From contig KZ538374.1 of the NCBI GenBank assembly GCA_000934665.2, positions 1 to 64,000 of the forward strand: a DNA stretch of 64,000 nt, given 5' to 3'. Made by a program: the position numbers and the translations under genes. The stretch is from Catajapyx aquilonaris. Lineage: Eukaryota. Position 1 is the first letter of the stretch; every line of letters begins with the position of its first letter. Positions 61,522 through 64,000 of this stretch are shown here, piece after piece. The notes beneath the pieces were generated by a model. It had not been told where the DNA came from and did not search any database. It saw nothing but the letters and a program-made list of their open reading frames with translations.

Positions 61522-62907
61522 TATAGTACTGTATATATCTTTGGGTATAGCAGAAGCTCAATCAGCAATAAAAAAACAAGAATAGTATGGACCCAAAATT
61601 GCATGACTGATTATTCTGCTTATAAGGTATTGTCTTCAATTGAGATGGAATGTTTTTTATGCATCCCTCTTTTGACACCTTTTTATTTGTTTAAATATGG
61701 GATAGCACCTTCTTCACCAAAAAAGCTACAAAGAACATACAATCAACACTATCCCACTATCCCTGTAAAAAATAATATCAGTTTCTCAGTACAGAGAGGA
61801 TAAGAGGTGGGTTCTCGGAATCCTGTAAGTTATAATGGGTCTATGCATTATGCGGAACTGGATACTCTTCTGTAATTGAGCAATTAGAATAAGAAGAAAA
61901 CATATTGCATTGTATAGGAATTTTAATATTTATTTTTAGCCAACAATTCGAAGCTCTGAGTGCTTATACTGCTCATTGGGGGGAAAAGGAGTGGGCACTT
62001 TCATGCGGGAGTGAGGCAAAATGGTTATGAACCAAAGCACTTGCCGTGGTTTACATGTTTCTGAGAATTCTCAGAAAAGGGTAGTAGCACTCTGGTTTGT
62101 GTATCTTGTAGTAAGGTACTTCATTTTCTCTGTTATATCCTTCATGTATTCTGCATCGTTTTGATGTGTAGTGCACCCCCTTGGAATGACTTCTTCTGGT
62201 GTGGCATCCAATTTAAACACCTCCCAAGAACCAAATGGAGTTGGAGCTTCATTGATGTTTGGGGCTTTCAACCCAGGTGTCCCAGCAAGCTCAGGTGCAG
62301 TGGTTTAAAGTGATATAAGCTATTTGGTTGTCTGCTGCCTACTTGGTAGCTCCATTCTAACTTTTTCATTAGTGCTTATGTTATTTTTCAAATCATGATA
62401 CCGTATGTTACTATTTATGATGGTCAAAAGTCCATTAAAAATCCATTTTATCTCTGCTACTTATTACATGGTCAGTAAGTTCATATATGTGATCACTGCC
62501 TTTACTTTTCATTCATGCGGAGGATTTTAGACATAGGCCATGTGAAACTGGTTTTTGTTAGAAGAATTATTCTTAGTAGTGATCCCTTAATGTGGTTACT
62601 GGTGCAGGTTGGTTATGAAATAGCATGAAAATGGTTTGGTCCAATGCAGGAGGATGACAGGTCAGGATAGGATGCATTCAGTACTGTATTTTCCCCTGCA
62701 CTCATAGGAACTGCACAAAAAAAAATCCCATATTTCTGTGCCTGAGGCTAACTCATTAAATTTCTTCTATCACATGAAAGATGCTCCAGTGAGAATGAAT
62801 GGTGTCTAGATTTTCTATGATAGTCATGCAACATTGACAAGGAATTAAGATGTGAGCCATATTTGACTAAAAATAATTATATTGTAGTAGCTTAAAGTAG
62901 GTGCCAA

Positions 62908-62999
62908 CCTCTGCTCCTCCAGACACCCTAAGCGATCTGATTGGTGGAACAGAGGGCAGGGGGACCAATCATATCACTTAGGGAATGGAGGGACAGAGG
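62908..62999. repeat. Imperfect hairpin, probable MITE relic
   Basis: CCTCTG...CCCTAAGCGATCTGATTGGT pairs with ACCAATCATATCACTTAGGG...CAGAGG. Confidence 0.65.
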
Positions 63000-64000
63000 G
63001 ATCAATAGAAAAACAGTTTTGAAACCCTACTGTGTATGGCTTAAACACACAGGTCGAAATATTTAGGACATAGATATCTTTTTGAGAAATTAGGCTGTGG
63101 TCACTGCACGTGTCTGCCATCTCTGTGTACTGTACCGTGCTGTGTTAAAGATGACTTTGTTGAGGTGGTATTTTTTAGCAGCATAGGCAAATACAGTGTG
63201 TTTCAGAATGAAGCTTACTTCCATATCAGTTGGCATGTTGCATACTGTCCTCTCTCAAGTTGGTACTCCTGTACTGTCAATTTTAGTTATCCAGAGGAAC
63301 TGATCGTGCATTCCTCCACCATGCATCTCCCCCATCTTTTTCCATTCCCTCCTCAGGGTACCAACAGGACTAGGAGGCATGTGCGACATTTCACGATGAT
63401 GTGAAATGCATTGTCCATGAACAATGTAACCTTATAATTTCAAAAGAAAAATCCTGATACTTTTCATTCATTGTCTTAATATTTTGCTCTACTTGTGATG
63501 AAATTATGTTTTCAATAAATGATAAATGGTGCTATTTGTGAGTAAAGGATGTGCAATGTTGAATTTTTTTTGCCATGATGAATGGGAGCCCCTGCATATG
63601 AGTGATATTCTAGGGTAGGACTACTCAAGTAATTTGTAACAACATCAAATATCTACGTTGTCCTTGTCAATAGAGGTCCAGAGCCTCTATGAATATTCAT
63701 TGTGGATGTCATAACACTGATTATCCCTGAAAAGTTGGCAGGGCAAAAATAAGACATCATATGCTCTTTATGTTCTGGGTCTTAGAAATTCAATCTGTGT
63801 AGGCTTTTATTGGAGTTCCCTGCTGATCCTGCTGGTCCTGCTTATTGCAATGCAGGGATTTCATAAACACCTTACTTTAACTCCAGCAAAAGGAAGGAAA
63901 GCCCATCTGCAAGAAGTGTTCACAAGAACTTGTATTGTGCTCCTTTTTAATGTGTGCCTGGAAGCTGTATGGACAAAGTTGTCTTTGGCACCAGATTAAA

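Overview
AT-rich eukaryotic DNA, almost certainly from an arthropod. It holds the 5' part of one large spliced gene on the + strand, an unconventional myosin XV (Drosophila Myo10A/Sisyphus-like). I could chain about 30 exons in frame from 34 kb to 59.9 kb: N-terminal SH3-like region, motor, three IQ motifs, MyTH4, start of FERM and a low-complexity tail. The gene appears to have two alternative first coding exons and presumably continues past the window. Introns and the upstream 34 kb contain many hairpin-type non-autonomous DNA transposons (Tc1/mariner, PIF/Harbinger, hAT and Kolobok-like), several tRNA-derived SINE families sharing one 3' tail, microsatellites and a 180-N gap. The most striking item is a ~270-nt element in a myosin intron (45303-45575). 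It has a 7SL/SRP-type Alu domain with compensatory base changes, an intact long-range helix 5, a Pol III terminator and an upstream ATCGAT cluster. The canonical S domain is replaced by a different hairpin and an A/purine-rich loop, so it is a candidate new SRP-derived ncRNA. A decayed YMDD reverse transcriptase (hepadnavirus-like or DIRS-like) lies just upstream of the long alternative myosin exon. All calls were made by eye with no database searches.
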